Shown here in pieces: positions 25,449 to 34,817 of a stretch of 64,000 bases of DNA. The DNA lies in assembly GCA_963744105.1 (NCBI GenBank), contig CAVUSJ010000010.1, forward strand, positions 23,878 through 87,877, in the 5' to 3' direction. The notes below the pieces were generated by a model that was not told the origin of the DNA, searched no databases, and was given only the letters and a program-made list of their open reading frames with translations. The DNA comes from an uncultured Solirubrobacterales bacterium. GTDB taxonomy: Bacteria > Actinomycetota > Thermoleophilia > Solirubrobacterales > 70-9. Position 1 is the stretch's first letter; each line of letters opens with the position of its first letter. The position numbers and the translations under genes are program-made.

Positions 25449-26972
25449 ATGCCGCCGGTGGAGGCGGCGGATCGCCGCCGCTGGGCGATTCTGGCCGTCC
25501 TCTGCGTCGCCGTCCTCGTGGTCAACATCGACGGCACGATCCTCAACGTGGCGCTCCCGACGCTGGTCCGGGAGCTGCATGCGAGCTCGAGCGAGCTCCA
25601 GTGGATCGTCGACATGTACGCGATGGTGTTCGCGGGCCTGCTGCTCGTGGGTGGCAGCCTGGCCGACCGCTTCGGGCGCAAGCGCCTCTTCATGCTCGGC
25701 TTCCTCACCTTCGGCCTCGGTTCCCTGGGCGCGGCGTTCTCCGGCTCGGTCGACGTCCTGATCGCCTGGCGCGGAGTGATGGGCGCGGGCGCCGCGCTGA
25801 CGATCCCGGCGGGGCTCTCGACGCTCGACAACGTGTTCCGCGATCCCGACGAGCGGGCCCGCGCCGTCGGCATCTGGGGTGGGGCGATGGGCGTCGGTCT
25901 CGCGCTCGGCCCCCTCGCCGGCGGGCTGCTGCTCGCCAGCTTCTGGTGGGGCTCGGTCTTCTTCGTCAACGTGCCGGTGCTGATCGCAGGCGGCATCGCC
26001 GCGCTTCGCCTGCTGCCCGAGTCGAGGAACGTGGATGCGCCGAGGCCCGACCCGGTCGGCTCGCTGCTCTCGATCCTGGGCCTCGGGCTGCTGCTCTGGG
26101 CGATCATCGAGGCGCCGACCAAGGGCTGGACCTCGGACGCGGTGGTCGCGGTCGGTGCGGCGGGCCTTGCCGTCCTCGCGGCATTCATCTACTGGGAGGC
26201 GCGCAGCAGCCATCCGATGCTGAAGCTCTCCTTCTTCCGCTCCCGGCGGTTCTCCGGCGCGGTCTCGGCCGTCGCCCTCGGCCTGTTCGCCCTGTTCGGG
26301 GCGGTCTTCATCCTCACCCAGTTCCTGCAGTTCGACCTGGGCTTCACCCCGCTTCAGGCCGGCGTCCGGATCCTGCCGACGGCCGCGCTGCTCGCCGCGA
26401 CGGCGCCACTCTCGACGCTGATCGTCCGGCGGGTCGGCAGCAAGCTGACCGCGTTCGCCGGGCTGGTCGCGATCGCGGGCGGCCTCTGGCAGATCTCGGC
26501 GGCCTCGACCGCCGGGGCGACCTACGGCGACGTCCTCCCGGGAATGCTTCTCCTCGGGTTCGGCTCGGGGTTGCTGATGCCAACCGCGGCGGACGCGGTG
26601 CTGGGGTCGGTGCCGCGTAGGGACGCCGGCGTCGGCTCGGCCACCTACGTCGTTGCGATCCAGGTGGGCGGTGCGCTCGGCGTGGCGGTCATCGGCAGCA
26701 TGCTCTCCACGCGCTACCGGCATCGGCTCACGGACGTCCTCGCCTCCCACCACGTCCCGCCAGACATCCTGCACACGATCACCGGCTCGCTCGGAGGGGC
26801 GCTCGGAGTCGCCTCGGCCGTCGGTGGGAGCACCGGCTCGCGTCTCGCCGAAGCCGCGCGCTCCGCCTTCATGAGTGGCACTCACGTCTCGTTCGCCGCG
26901 GGAGCGGTTGTCGCCGCTGTGGCCGCCCTCCTGGTCCTGCTGGCGCTGCCCTCCAGGGCGCCGAAGGACTGA
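25449..26972 (+). CDS. MFS transporter, DHA2 (EmrB/QacA-like) family
   Basis: Start at 'MPPVEAADRRRWAILAVLCVAVLVVNIDGTILNVALP'. 'GSLADRFGRKRLF'. 14 hydrophobic segments. The in-frame stretch upstream has only background third-position GC. Confidence 0.8.
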   Translation: MPPVEAADRRRWAILAVLCVAVLVVNIDGTILNVALPTLVRELHASSSELQWIVDMYAMVFAGLLLVGGSLADRFGRKRLFMLGFLTFGLGSLGAAFSGSVDVLIAWRGVMGAGAALTIPAGLSTLDNVFRDPDERARAVGIWGGAMGVGLALGPLAGGLLLASFWWGSVFFVNVPVLIAGGIAALRLLPESRNVDAPRPDPVGSLLSILGLGLLLWAIIEAPTKGWTSDAVVAVGAAGLAVLAAFIYWEARSSHPMLKLSFFRSRRFSGAVSAVALGLFALFGAVFILTQFLQFDLGFTPLQAGVRILPTAALLAATAPLSTLIVRRVGSKLTAFAGLVAIAGGLWQISAASTAGATYGDVLPGMLLLGFGSGLLMPTAADAVLGSVPRRDAGVGSATYVVAIQVGGALGVAVIGSMLSTRYRHRLTDVLASHHVPPDILHTITGSLGGALGVASAVGGSTGSRLAEAARSAFMSGTHVSFAAGAVVAAVAALLVLLALPSRAPKD

Positions 26973-26978
26973 CCGGAT

Positions 26979-27350
26979 CTAGCGCAGGTGATCTGCGACG
27001 GTGCCCTCGGCGAGGGCATCCTCGCCGAGGCGGGTGGCCTTGAGGAGGGAGGCGGCGCCTCCCCGGGTCCTCCCGACGATCAGGCCCGCATTCTCGAGAT
27101 CCTGCAGTCCCTCCATGATCGGCTCCCGGAGGTCCTTCAGGTACTTGGTCCCGCGCGGAAAGGACGACATCAGCCAGCTCGCCACCTGCAGCTGGTTGAG
27201 GTAGCTGCCGGGCTTGGGGCCGTCGGGGCCGAAGGCGGGCATGAGCACCTCGGCGAGCTCCACGGCCGACATCGACTGCAGCCGCTCGGCCTCTGCCTTC
27301 GCCGCCTGCTCCTCGGCGGCCTTCTCCTCCTTGTTCCCAAAGAGCGCCAC
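26979..27350 (-). CDS. hypothetical protein
   Basis: 123-aa ORF with protein-like composition and a charged N-terminus 'KEEKAAEEQAAKAEAERL'. No family recognised. Confidence 0.5.
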   Translation of the reverse strand: MALFGNKEEKAAEEQAAKAEAERLQSMSAVELAEVLMPAFGPDGPKPGSYLNQLQVASWLMSSFPRGTKYLKDLREPIMEGLQDLENAGLIVGRTRGGAASLLKATRLGEDALAEGTVADHLR

Positions 27351-27392
27351 GCGCGCGGCAGACTAGCGACTGGAATCCTGGAGGCGTCTATC

Positions 27393-28238
27393 GTGCATGG
27401 GGTGACGGCGGGCAAGGAAACGCAGTCCGGCCCCAATCCACTCGGCGCCGCACGCGATGCAGCCGGTGCCGCCGGCGAGAAGCTCGGCAGCGCCAGGGCC
27501 GAAGCCGGTGAGCGGCTCGGCGCGGCTCGCGACGCCGCGAGCAAGCAGGTCGCTGCGGCTCGTGAGACGGCCGCGCTGGCCGCCCACGCGGCCGCTCACA
27601 AGCTCTCCCAGAAGCCGCGGCTGCGCGGCGTCTCTCACCAGTGGGCCTTCTTCGCCTCCCTGGGCGCCGGCGTGGCCCTCATCTTGGCCGCCAGCGGCAC
27701 GACCGCGGTGATCGCGATGTCGATCTATGCCTTCTCGCTCTCGGCGATGCTCGGCACGAGCGCCCTCTATCACCGGGTCACCTGGACGCCGGAGGTGAGG
27801 CAGTGGATGCGCCGCCTCGACCACACGATGATCTTCGTCTTCATCGCCGGCACCTACACGCCCTTTGCGCTGCTGGTCATGCACGGGACTCTCGCCAACG
27901 TGGTCCTGATCGTGGTCTGGGCGACCGCGCTGGGCGGCGTGATTCTCAACCTGGTCTGGATCGACGCTCCCTACTGGGTCACCGCCGTGATCTATCTGAG
28001 CACCGGCTGGGTGGCGATCGTCAGCCTGCCCCAGCTCTGGAACGAGATCGGCCCGGTCGGCGTCGGTCTGATCGCCCTCGGCGGGATCCTCTACTCGGCC
28101 GGCGCCGTGGTCTACGCGCGGCGCAAGCCCGATCCCCGGCCGGAGGTCTTCGGCTACCACGAGATCTTCCACGTGCTGGTGATCGCCGCCGCGGCCGTCC
28201 AGTACGTGGCGGTCGCGGTCTACGCGCTGCCGAGCTGA
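27393..28238 (+). CDS. hemolysin III / PAQR family membrane protein
   Basis: GTG 27393 follows GGAGG. 'SALYHRV', 'LDHTMIFVFIAGTYTPF', 'GYHEIFHVLV'. Seven hydrophobic segments. Confidence 0.8.
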   Translation: MHGVTAGKETQSGPNPLGAARDAAGAAGEKLGSARAEAGERLGAARDAASKQVAAARETAALAAHAAAHKLSQKPRLRGVSHQWAFFASLGAGVALILAASGTTAVIAMSIYAFSLSAMLGTSALYHRVTWTPEVRQWMRRLDHTMIFVFIAGTYTPFALLVMHGTLANVVLIVVWATALGGVILNLVWIDAPYWVTAVIYLSTGWVAIVSLPQLWNEIGPVGVGLIALGGILYSAGAVVYARRKPDPRPEVFGYHEIFHVLVIAAAAVQYVAVAVYALPS

Positions 28239-28307
28239 GCGACGCACGACAAGTAACGCCGTCGGCGTTTGTGAGACGGTTCGGCGAACCGACCGAGGGG
28301 AGTGGTG

Positions 28308-29119
28308 ATGGCTGAACTAACCGAGGCGCAGGAGCAGGCGCGAAAGCTGTGGTCGTCCGGCGACTACGCGTCCGCGATGCACGTGATCCAGACGGTGGGG
28401 CCGCGGGCGGTCGAGGCCGCCGGGGTGAGCGGGGACGACGTCGTCCTCGACGTGGCCTGCGGCAACGGGAACGCAACCCTGCCGGCCGCAAGGACCGGGG
28501 CGAAGGTCACCGGGATCGACATCACCTCTTCGCTGCTCGAGGCGGGGAAGGCCGCGGCGGCCGAGTCCGGGCTCGAGATCGACTGGATCGAGGGCGACGC
28601 CCAGAAGCTCCCCTCGACGACGACAGCTTCGACGCCGTCGTCTCGGTTTTCGGCTGCATGTTCGTGCCGGACCAGCGCGCGGAGGCGCAGGAGATCGCGC
28701 GCGTGCTGAAGCCGGGCGGCCGGATGGCGATCGCCGCCTGGACCCCGGAGGGGAACGTCGGGAAGATGTTCATCACCACCGCGAAGCACCGGCCGCCACC
28801 GCCCGAGGGCTTCCAACCGCCGATCCTCTGGGGCAGCGAGGACCACGTCCGCGGGCTGTTCGAGGGGACCGGGGTCGAGCTCGACATCGACCGGACTTCG
28901 GTTGAGTTCAAGTTCGACTCGCTCGACGAGATGTTCGCCGAGATGGAGCGCGACCTGCCGCCGATCGTCGCCTCCAAGGCGCTGCTCGAGCCGGAGGGCA
29001 AGTGGGGCGCCCTGAAGGACGACCTGATGACCCTCTACACGGAGACCAACACAGCCGACGACGGCTCGTGGAGCTCGAGGAACGAGTACCTGCTGATCAA
29101 AGGGACGAAGGCCGGCTAG
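28308..29119 (+). pseudogene. class I SAM-dependent methyltransferase, frame broken at about 28610 in a C-run
   Basis: ORFs 28302..28709 and 28349..29119 are in different frames. 'VLDVACGNGNAT' (motif I) and 'IEGDAQKLP' are in the first; 'LDDDSFDAVVSVFGCMF...LKPGGRMAIAAW' is in the second. One extra C in 'CTCCCCTCGAC' would restore 'KLPLDDDSFD'. Confidence 0.7.
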
Positions 29120-29676
29120 GAGCGCGGCGTGGTGCAGAGGGGCCGGGCCGCGAGCTCGGCGCCGGTGCAGACCAGCGGGACCTGCCTCGCGGTCCACTGG
29201 ACGGCGGCGTTGGCGAACGTGCCGGTGCTGCAGTAGCCGGCGGAGCCCTTCGTGCCCTGCGCGACGGCGAACAGGCCGTGCGCCTTGCCATTGCGGAGCA
29301 CTCCGGAGACGGTGATGTCCCAGCCCCCTGCCCTGGCGAACCCATCGAAGTTCTGCCTCTTGCTCAGCCTCAGGGTGCCGAGAGCCGAGACAGGCACGTT
29401 GTTGTACTCGGTGCTCGAGATCTGGTTCCCGGCCGCGTCGAAACAGTGGATGTCGGCTGTGGCCGTGAAGCTGTTCACCTTCTTCGCGACGACCTTCCCC
29501 TTGACGACCTTCTTGCCGAAGGCTCCGAACGAGAAGGGAAGCCCGGCGGTGTCTCCGGTGACGGTCCCCACGACGCTGGTCTGTCTGGCCAGCGCCGTCC
29601 CCGGCAGCACCAGGAGCGCCGCGGCGATCAGGATGGACGCACCCCTCCGCACAGCGAGCAGAGTACCGCCCGTCAC
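29116..29676 (-). CDS. secreted hypothetical protein
   Basis: GTG 29676 overlaps the upstream stop (GTGA). Signal peptide 'ASILIAAALLVLPGTALA'. Four Cys. No family recognised. Confidence 0.55.
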   Translation of the reverse strand: MTGGTLLAVRRGASILIAAALLVLPGTALARQTSVVGTVTGDTAGLPFSFGAFGKKVVKGKVVAKKVNSFTATADIHCFDAAGNQISSTEYNNVPVSALGTLRLSKRQNFDGFARAGGWDITVSGVLRNGKAHGLFAVAQGTKGSAGYCSTGTFANAAVQWTARQVPLVCTGAELAARPLCTTPRS

Positions 29677-30524
29677 AGGCGTTTCTTGAGCTTCACCTTC
29701 ACCGGTAAGGAGGCAGCCGTGCCTCCGGTCGGAGTGAAGCTGAGAGTGACTCGCAGCTTGACCTTGCCGGCCCGGTTGAGCGTCTTCCCCTGTTTGCCGG
29801 TCGCCTTGATGACCAGCGGCACTGGTCCTGGAGCGGTCACGGACTTGCTGGCTCGCGCGATGCTTGAGACCTTCGCGCCCTTGCCGCTGGCGCTGAGCTC
29901 GCCCGGGTTCGGGACGACGATGGTGAGCGTCGCCTTGCCCCGTGTCTTGTCGCGGGCGATCGCTCCAAGCGTGAAGGTGTTGCTGGGAGCGATGTCGGCG
30001 TTGAAGGTGAGCTCGTTGCCGCTGAAGTCGGTGCCCGGCATGCTGCCGGTTCCATCCTGCAACGGGGGCTGCCACTGGATGAAGTGAGCCGCGGGGTCGC
30101 TGGTTGCGACGTGAAGGCCGGAGGATTCGGTGCGGAGGCCGATGTAGTCACCGATCTTGATCGGCATCGCCAATGCGTAGGTGCTGACCATGTTTCCCGG
30201 GACGACGAATTCGGGCGTGCTACCGGCTCCCGTGAAGAGGCCTCCACCCAGCGGATGGACGACCTGGAAGCCGGCTGTTCCGCTCGAAGTCGAAAGGAGC
30301 CGCCAGAGAGTGACGGTGCCGTTCACCGGAGACGTCAGCCCGCCGGGCGCCTGGTAGCTCCCGGGCATCCCCGAATTGATCAGCGTGTTGCTTCCTGCGA
30401 ACCCCAGGGCCGGGACCCGATTGAGATTGCTTCCGATCGTCACGGACCCCATCGCTCCGGATGGAAGGATGAGTGCCGCGACGAGCGCCGCGGCGGCCGC
30501 CCCCTTGACGGCTCGCGCAGCCAC
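29673..30524 (-). CDS. secreted hypothetical protein
   Basis: Signal peptide 'AAAAALVAALILPSGAMG'. Ser/Thr/Gly-rich, beta-rich-looking. C-terminal Lys-rich 'VKVKLKKRL'. Confidence 0.6.
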   Translation of the reverse strand: MAARAVKGAAAAALVAALILPSGAMGSVTIGSNLNRVPALGFAGSNTLINSGMPGSYQAPGGLTSPVNGTVTLWRLLSTSSGTAGFQVVHPLGGGLFTGAGSTPEFVVPGNMVSTYALAMPIKIGDYIGLRTESSGLHVATSDPAAHFIQWQPPLQDGTGSMPGTDFSGNELTFNADIAPSNTFTLGAIARDKTRGKATLTIVVPNPGELSASGKGAKVSSIARASKSVTAPGPVPLVIKATGKQGKTLNRAGKVKLRVTLSFTPTGGTAASLPVKVKLKKRL

Positions 30525-30560
30525 CGGGCGACATTACTGCGGTTCGGTGGCCTAGTCCAG

Positions 30561-31313
30561 CTACGCAGAAGCGCCGAGGGTCGAGGCGAATCGCTCCTTG
30601 GCCGCCTCGATCAGGCTCTGGACCTCGTCCTCGCGGCCCTGCTTGATCAGCTCGATCGGGTCGGGGTCGCCGTTGACGATCCCCTCGAAGAACTCCTTGC
30701 GGTCCTGGTAGGTGGGGAGGGTGCCCTTGGCCCAGCCGCGGTGGTCGTTGAGGATCACGGCCAGGCGGGCGTACGGCTCGCCGTAGGAGGCGGCGATCTC
30801 CCGCTTCATCCGCTTGGCGAGGGCGGGGGAGGCCCCGGCGGTCGAGATCGCGATCGCCAGCGGGCCCGAGCGCTCGATCGCGGGCAGGATGAAGTTGCAG
30901 AGCGGCGGCACGTCGACGACGTTGACCAGCATCGCCCGGCGCTCCGCGCCCTCCGAGATCCCGATGTTCACGTCGGTGTCGTTGGTCGCCGCGATCGCGA
31001 GGAACGCCCCGTCGAGGTCGCCGTCGACGAAGGTCCTCTTGTCCCAGGTGATGGAGCCCTCGGCGGCGTATTCGGCGAGCTCGGGGAGGATCTCGGGAGC
31101 CACCACGTGGACATCGCCGTCGCAGAGCAGGAGGCCGTCGACCTTCTCCAGCGCGACGTCACCTCCTCCGACCACCAGGCAGCGGCGGCCCTTGAGCTTC
31201 AGGCACGCCATGTAGAACGGCGTCTCGAGCATGTCCCGCACGCAGGTCTGGTCGCAGATCCCGCGCTTGAACTGGCAGACGCACTCCTTGCCCTGGAAGG
31301 CCGCTGCAGGCAT
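30561..31313 (-). CDS. precorrin-2 dehydrogenase / sirohydrochlorin ferrochelatase (siroheme synthase N-terminal-domain type)
   Basis: '[14 protein letters not shown]', '[12 protein letters not shown]', '[16 protein letters not shown]', '[22 protein letters not shown]'. The 27-codon Cys-rich extension from ATG 31313 keeps high GC3. Alternative start at 31232. Confidence 0.75.
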   Translation of the reverse strand: MPAAAFQGKECVCQFKRGICDQTCVRDMLETPFYMACLKLKGRRCLVVGGGDVALEKVDGLLLCDGDVHVVAPEILPELAEYAAEGSITWDKRTFVDGDLDGAFLAIAATNDTDVNIGISEGAERRAMLVNVVDVPPLCNFILPAIERSGPLAIAISTAGASPALAKRMKREIAASYGEPYARLAVILNDHRGWAKGTLPTYQDRKEFFEGIVNGDPDPIELIKQGREDEVQSLIEAAKERFASTLGASA

Positions 31314-31335
31314 GGGGCAAGGGTAAAGGTCCGGC

Positions 31336-33702
31336 CTAGTTGCCCCTGTGCTTGTGACGGTGCTTGTGCGCGGCGGGGACCTTGAACGGCTGAGTCCCGC
31401 AGCGGAAGAAGTAGGGCAGCGCGCCGAGCGGGGCTGGGACCGTGGCGATGCCAGGGCCGGCGAACCGCTGCCCGGTGGGCTCGTGCACCCAGCAGCCGCG
31501 CGGGAGCGCCACCGAGCGCGACGTATCGCCCTTGGTGACCACCGGCGCAACCAGCACGTTGGCGCCGAGCATCCACTCCTGGTCACGGCCGGAGGCGGGC
31601 GCCTCCGGAGCGCTGAGCCAGAGGGGACGGGTGACCGGCATACCCGTGCGGCGCCCCTTGATCCACAGCCTTCGTATCAGTGGCAGCGCCCGCTCGTGCA
31701 GGTCCGCCATCGCCTTCCAGCGCGCGAGCGTGGCGTCGCCGTAGGCCCAGGGCATCCGGACGCCGCTCGAGGACGAGTTGTGGACTCGGAAGTACGGTGT
31801 GAGCGCTGCCCATTCGCTCCAGCGGTCGTACAGCTCCTCGCTGGGCGGCCCGGTCAGGGTGTCGATATAGCCGCCGATGTCGGTCGTGTAGCCGAAGGCG
31901 CCGCCGACCGCCCGGTTGAGCATGTCGGGGGCCAGCGATCGCAGCCCGGAAGCGGCCCCCCAGTCGACGGTCTCGTCGCCCGGGAAGTTGCCCATCTCGG
32001 AGGCCGCGCTGCCGGGCCGGCCGCTGTAGCCCGCACGGGTGAAGAACCAGATCGGATCGTGTCTCGGGTGCTTCGCACCCCAGCGGTCGAGGATGCGGCG
32101 CGAGACCCGGTGGTAGAGGACCGGGTAGCGGTTGTGCATGGTCACCCCGGTGCTGCCGTCGGAGAAGTGCATGCCGTCCTGGACCTGCTCGCCGAAGTCC
32201 TGCATGAACCCGTCGGCCCCGAGCCCGATCAGCAGGTTGAGTCGCCGCCGCCACCAGGCCACGGTGGCCGGCTTGGTGAAGTCGAGCAGCGTCGATGGGG
32301 AGCCGCCGTTGCCGCTGAACTCGTAGGGCGCACCGCTCGCGGTCGTCGCGACCAGCCCGAGCCGCTTGGTCTCCTCGAAGTCACCGGGCGGCTGGGTGGC
32401 GAGCGCGTCATCGGAGACGTAGGCGCGGACATAGAGAATCGCGCGGATCCCCATCGAGTGCAGGCGCGCGATCACCGAGCGGACATACCCGAGGTCGAGC
32501 ATCCCCCAGCCCTCGAACCCATAGGCGGAGATGTGCAGGTCGTAGCGGCGAATGTCGGCCAGGTCCTGCTCGATCTTCGCCCGGTAGGAGTCGGGATTCT
32601 CGGCCGGCGGAGCCCCCGGGAGGGCCGGGGACTTAACCGCGCGCGAGAGCGTCGGCCCCTCGGCCCAGCTCGGAGGCAGGCGGTGGCGGCCGGTCACCGA
32701 GGTCAGCTCCCGGATTGCGCCGCGTCGGCTCCGCGCCGGGAACACCGTGTAGTCGAGACGACGGGCGCTCGCCTGCACCTGCCAGGCGTCGGGGCGGTCG
32801 TTCGCCATCCGCCAGCGCGAGCGCTCGCTCTGATTGAGGAGGAAGCCGTAGCCGCGTGATGAGACGAACTCGGCCTGCGGGTAGTAGGCGGCGTTCATGC
32901 CGTTCGGGAAGAGGTAGCGCTCGAAGCCTCCGGGCAACTCGGTGGGGCTTGGGATCCCGCCCAGGTCGGCGATGCTGTACGAGGTGCCGGAGCTGACCAG
33001 CTGGGGGAACAGCGCCAGCCCCGGCAGTAGCGTCTCCTGCCCGCCGAGGTTCTCCTGGACCACGTCGCCGTAGAGCTTCTCGCCGCGCTTGTCCGTGGTC
33101 CCGTGCGTGCCGCCGAAGCCATGGAAGCCCTCGCTGGGCGCCGCGGCGAAGGAATCGCCGAGTGTGATCACCCCGGCCGGGGAGCTCGGCCGCACACGGA
33201 CGCGGATGCCGCCCGCGCGGTCGGGCTCGATCCTGGCGATCAGCCGCCGCCCGGCCTCGTCGGTGGAGAGGGTCAGGCGAACGCCCTTGCCGCGCTGCTT
33301 CGCGGAGATCACCCGCCGGGCCGCGTAAACCGTCCCGGAGCGGCGATCGAAGAGGGTGTTCCCGTTCCACAGCCCGGATTCCCACTGCGTGTGCGCCTCC
33401 GTTCCCACCTCGTAGGTGAGAGGGGCATAGACGGCGTTGTCGGGGTGGCGCTCGAGCGTGAAGGGCTCAGGATCGTCCGTGCTCGGAAGCGCCGCCGGGG
33501 TCGTCGATGCCGGCGCGCGCAGCTCGCGGAGGAGGGTGTGGCCGCGCGAGCGAAAGACGAGCCGGAAGTGCGCCCTGTCGATCAGGGCGCGAGCGGCGCC
33601 GTTGGTGACCACGATTCGCTTCCCGGTCAGCTTGACTGCCGCCCCGGCGGTCGCCGGGGCGGCGACCGCGGCGATCGCAAGTAGCGACGCCGCCGAAGCC
33701 AC
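31336..33702 (-). CDS. secreted glycoside hydrolase family 31 protein
   Basis: Signal peptide '[18 protein letters not shown]'. Catalytic-region text '[11 protein letters not shown]', 'FTRAGYSG', 'WGAASGL'. 788 aa. Confidence 0.8.
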   Translation of the reverse strand: MASAASLLAIAAVAAPATAGAAVKLTGKRIVVTNGAARALIDRAHFRLVFRSRGHTLLRELRAPASTTPAALPSTDDPEPFTLERHPDNAVYAPLTYEVGTEAHTQWESGLWNGNTLFDRRSGTVYAARRVISAKQRGKGVRLTLSTDEAGRRLIARIEPDRAGGIRVRVRPSSPAGVITLGDSFAAAPSEGFHGFGGTHGTTDKRGEKLYGDVVQENLGGQETLLPGLALFPQLVSSGTSYSIADLGGIPSPTELPGGFERYLFPNGMNAAYYPQAEFVSSRGYGFLLNQSERSRWRMANDRPDAWQVQASARRLDYTVFPARSRRGAIRELTSVTGRHRLPPSWAEGPTLSRAVKSPALPGAPPAENPDSYRAKIEQDLADIRRYDLHISAYGFEGWGMLDLGYVRSVIARLHSMGIRAILYVRAYVSDDALATQPPGDFEETKRLGLVATTASGAPYEFSGNGGSPSTLLDFTKPATVAWWRRRLNLLIGLGADGFMQDFGEQVQDGMHFSDGSTGVTMHNRYPVLYHRVSRRILDRWGAKHPRHDPIWFFTRAGYSGRPGSAASEMGNFPGDETVDWGAASGLRSLAPDMLNRAVGGAFGYTTDIGGYIDTLTGPPSEELYDRWSEWAALTPYFRVHNSSSSGVRMPWAYGDATLARWKAMADLHERALPLIRRLWIKGRRTGMPVTRPLWLSAPEAPASGRDQEWMLGANVLVAPVVTKGDTSRSVALPRGCWVHEPTGQRFAGPGIATVPAPLGALPYFFRCGTQPFKVPAAHKHRHKHRGN

Positions 33703-33744
33703 CCCTGTGCCGGTGCGTCCGGTTCGCCTTGCGATAGGCGAATC

Positions 33745-34689
33745 CTAGGCGGGGTCCGCCGCGAGCGTCTCGGCGAGCCCGTCAGCGATCGTGCGCCGCG
33801 CGCTCCAGTCCAGCCGGTCGGTGGCGAGCTTCGTGTCGAGCACGGTTCGCTCGACCTCACCGGCGCGGGCGGTCGCCATCTCCGGCTCGAAGTCGTCTCT
33901 CCCGGAGAGCTCGCCGATCCGCGCCGCGAGCTCGAGCACAGTCGTCTCGACGCCGGTCCCCGCGTTGAGCGGTCCGCTCTCCCCGCTCTTCTCCATGGCG
34001 AGCAGCGCATCGACGACGTCGGCCACGTGGATGTAGTCGCGGGTCTGCTCTCCCGTGCCGAAGACGGTGGGCCGGCCGCCGTCGCGGGCGAGGGCGCAGA
34101 AGATCGCGACCACCCCCGCCTCGGTGGCCGGGTCCTGCCGAGGCCCGTAGACGTTGCCCAGGCGGAGCGTTCCCGCCGAGAGCTCGCGCGCGCGCGAGTA
34201 GAGGCCGAGATAGCCCTCTGCGGCAAGCTTGCTCTGCCCGTAGACCGAGAACGGCTCGCAGGACGCCGTCTCCGCGAAGGGAAGCTCCTGCGGGCGCTCG
34301 GCTCCCTCTCCGTATATGGCGCCTCCGGTGGAAGTGAAGACCAGGCGCGAGGACCCGGCGCGGGTCGCCGCCTCCAGCACGTTCACCGTGCCCACCACGT
34401 TGAGGCGGGCGTCGAAGCCGGGGTCGGCCATCGAGCGGCGCACGTCGATCTGCGCGGCCAGGTGAAAGACGCTGTCGGGCCCGAAGCCCTCGATCGCCCC
34501 GAAGACCGCCCGGGCGTCTGCGACGTCGAGCTCCGTGAGGCTCACGCCCGCCTCGAGCGCGCCCGCCAGGTTCTCGCGCTTGCCGCTGGAGAGGTCATCG
34601 AGCACGAGGACCTCGTCCCCTCGAGCCGCCAGAGCGTCCACCAGGTGCGAGCCGATGAACCCCGCCCCGCCTGTCACCACCGATTTCAC
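33745..34689 (-). CDS. NAD-dependent epimerase/dehydratase (GalE-like)
   Basis: 'VVTGGAGFIGSHLVDAL', 'YGQSKLAAE' (YxxxK), 'RLGNVYGPRQ'. Confidence 0.8.
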   Translation of the reverse strand: MKSVVTGGAGFIGSHLVDALAARGDEVLVLDDLSSGKRENLAGALEAGVSLTELDVADARAVFGAIEGFGPDSVFHLAAQIDVRRSMADPGFDARLNVVGTVNVLEAATRAGSSRLVFTSTGGAIYGEGAERPQELPFAETASCEPFSVYGQSKLAAEGYLGLYSRARELSAGTLRLGNVYGPRQDPATEAGVVAIFCALARDGGRPTVFGTGEQTRDYIHVADVVDALLAMEKSGESGPLNAGTGVETTVLELAARIGELSGRDDFEPEMATARAGEVERTVLDTKLATDRLDWSARRTIADGLAETLAADPA

Positions 34690-34817
34690 GGAGGAGAGCC
34701 TACGGGCGCAAGGTATCGGGCAGGTGAGATACCCCTGCTACTCTCGCCGACCGCATCGGCCGCCGCCGCTCTATATGTAGGGGCATCCAGGGTCGCGGCT
34801 ACCGTGTGAGAGCCGAA

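Noticed and set aside
28255-28269. Small hairpin AACGCC-GTC-GGCGTT after the hemolysin III gene, read as a terminator.
   Set aside because: A 6-bp stem with a 3-nt loop and only a short T stretch is too weak to call with confidence.
34727-34734. Second CsoR site upstream of topA (ATACCCCT).
   Set aside because: Only one half-site is present, with no inverted partner at the right spacing. It is most likely chance.
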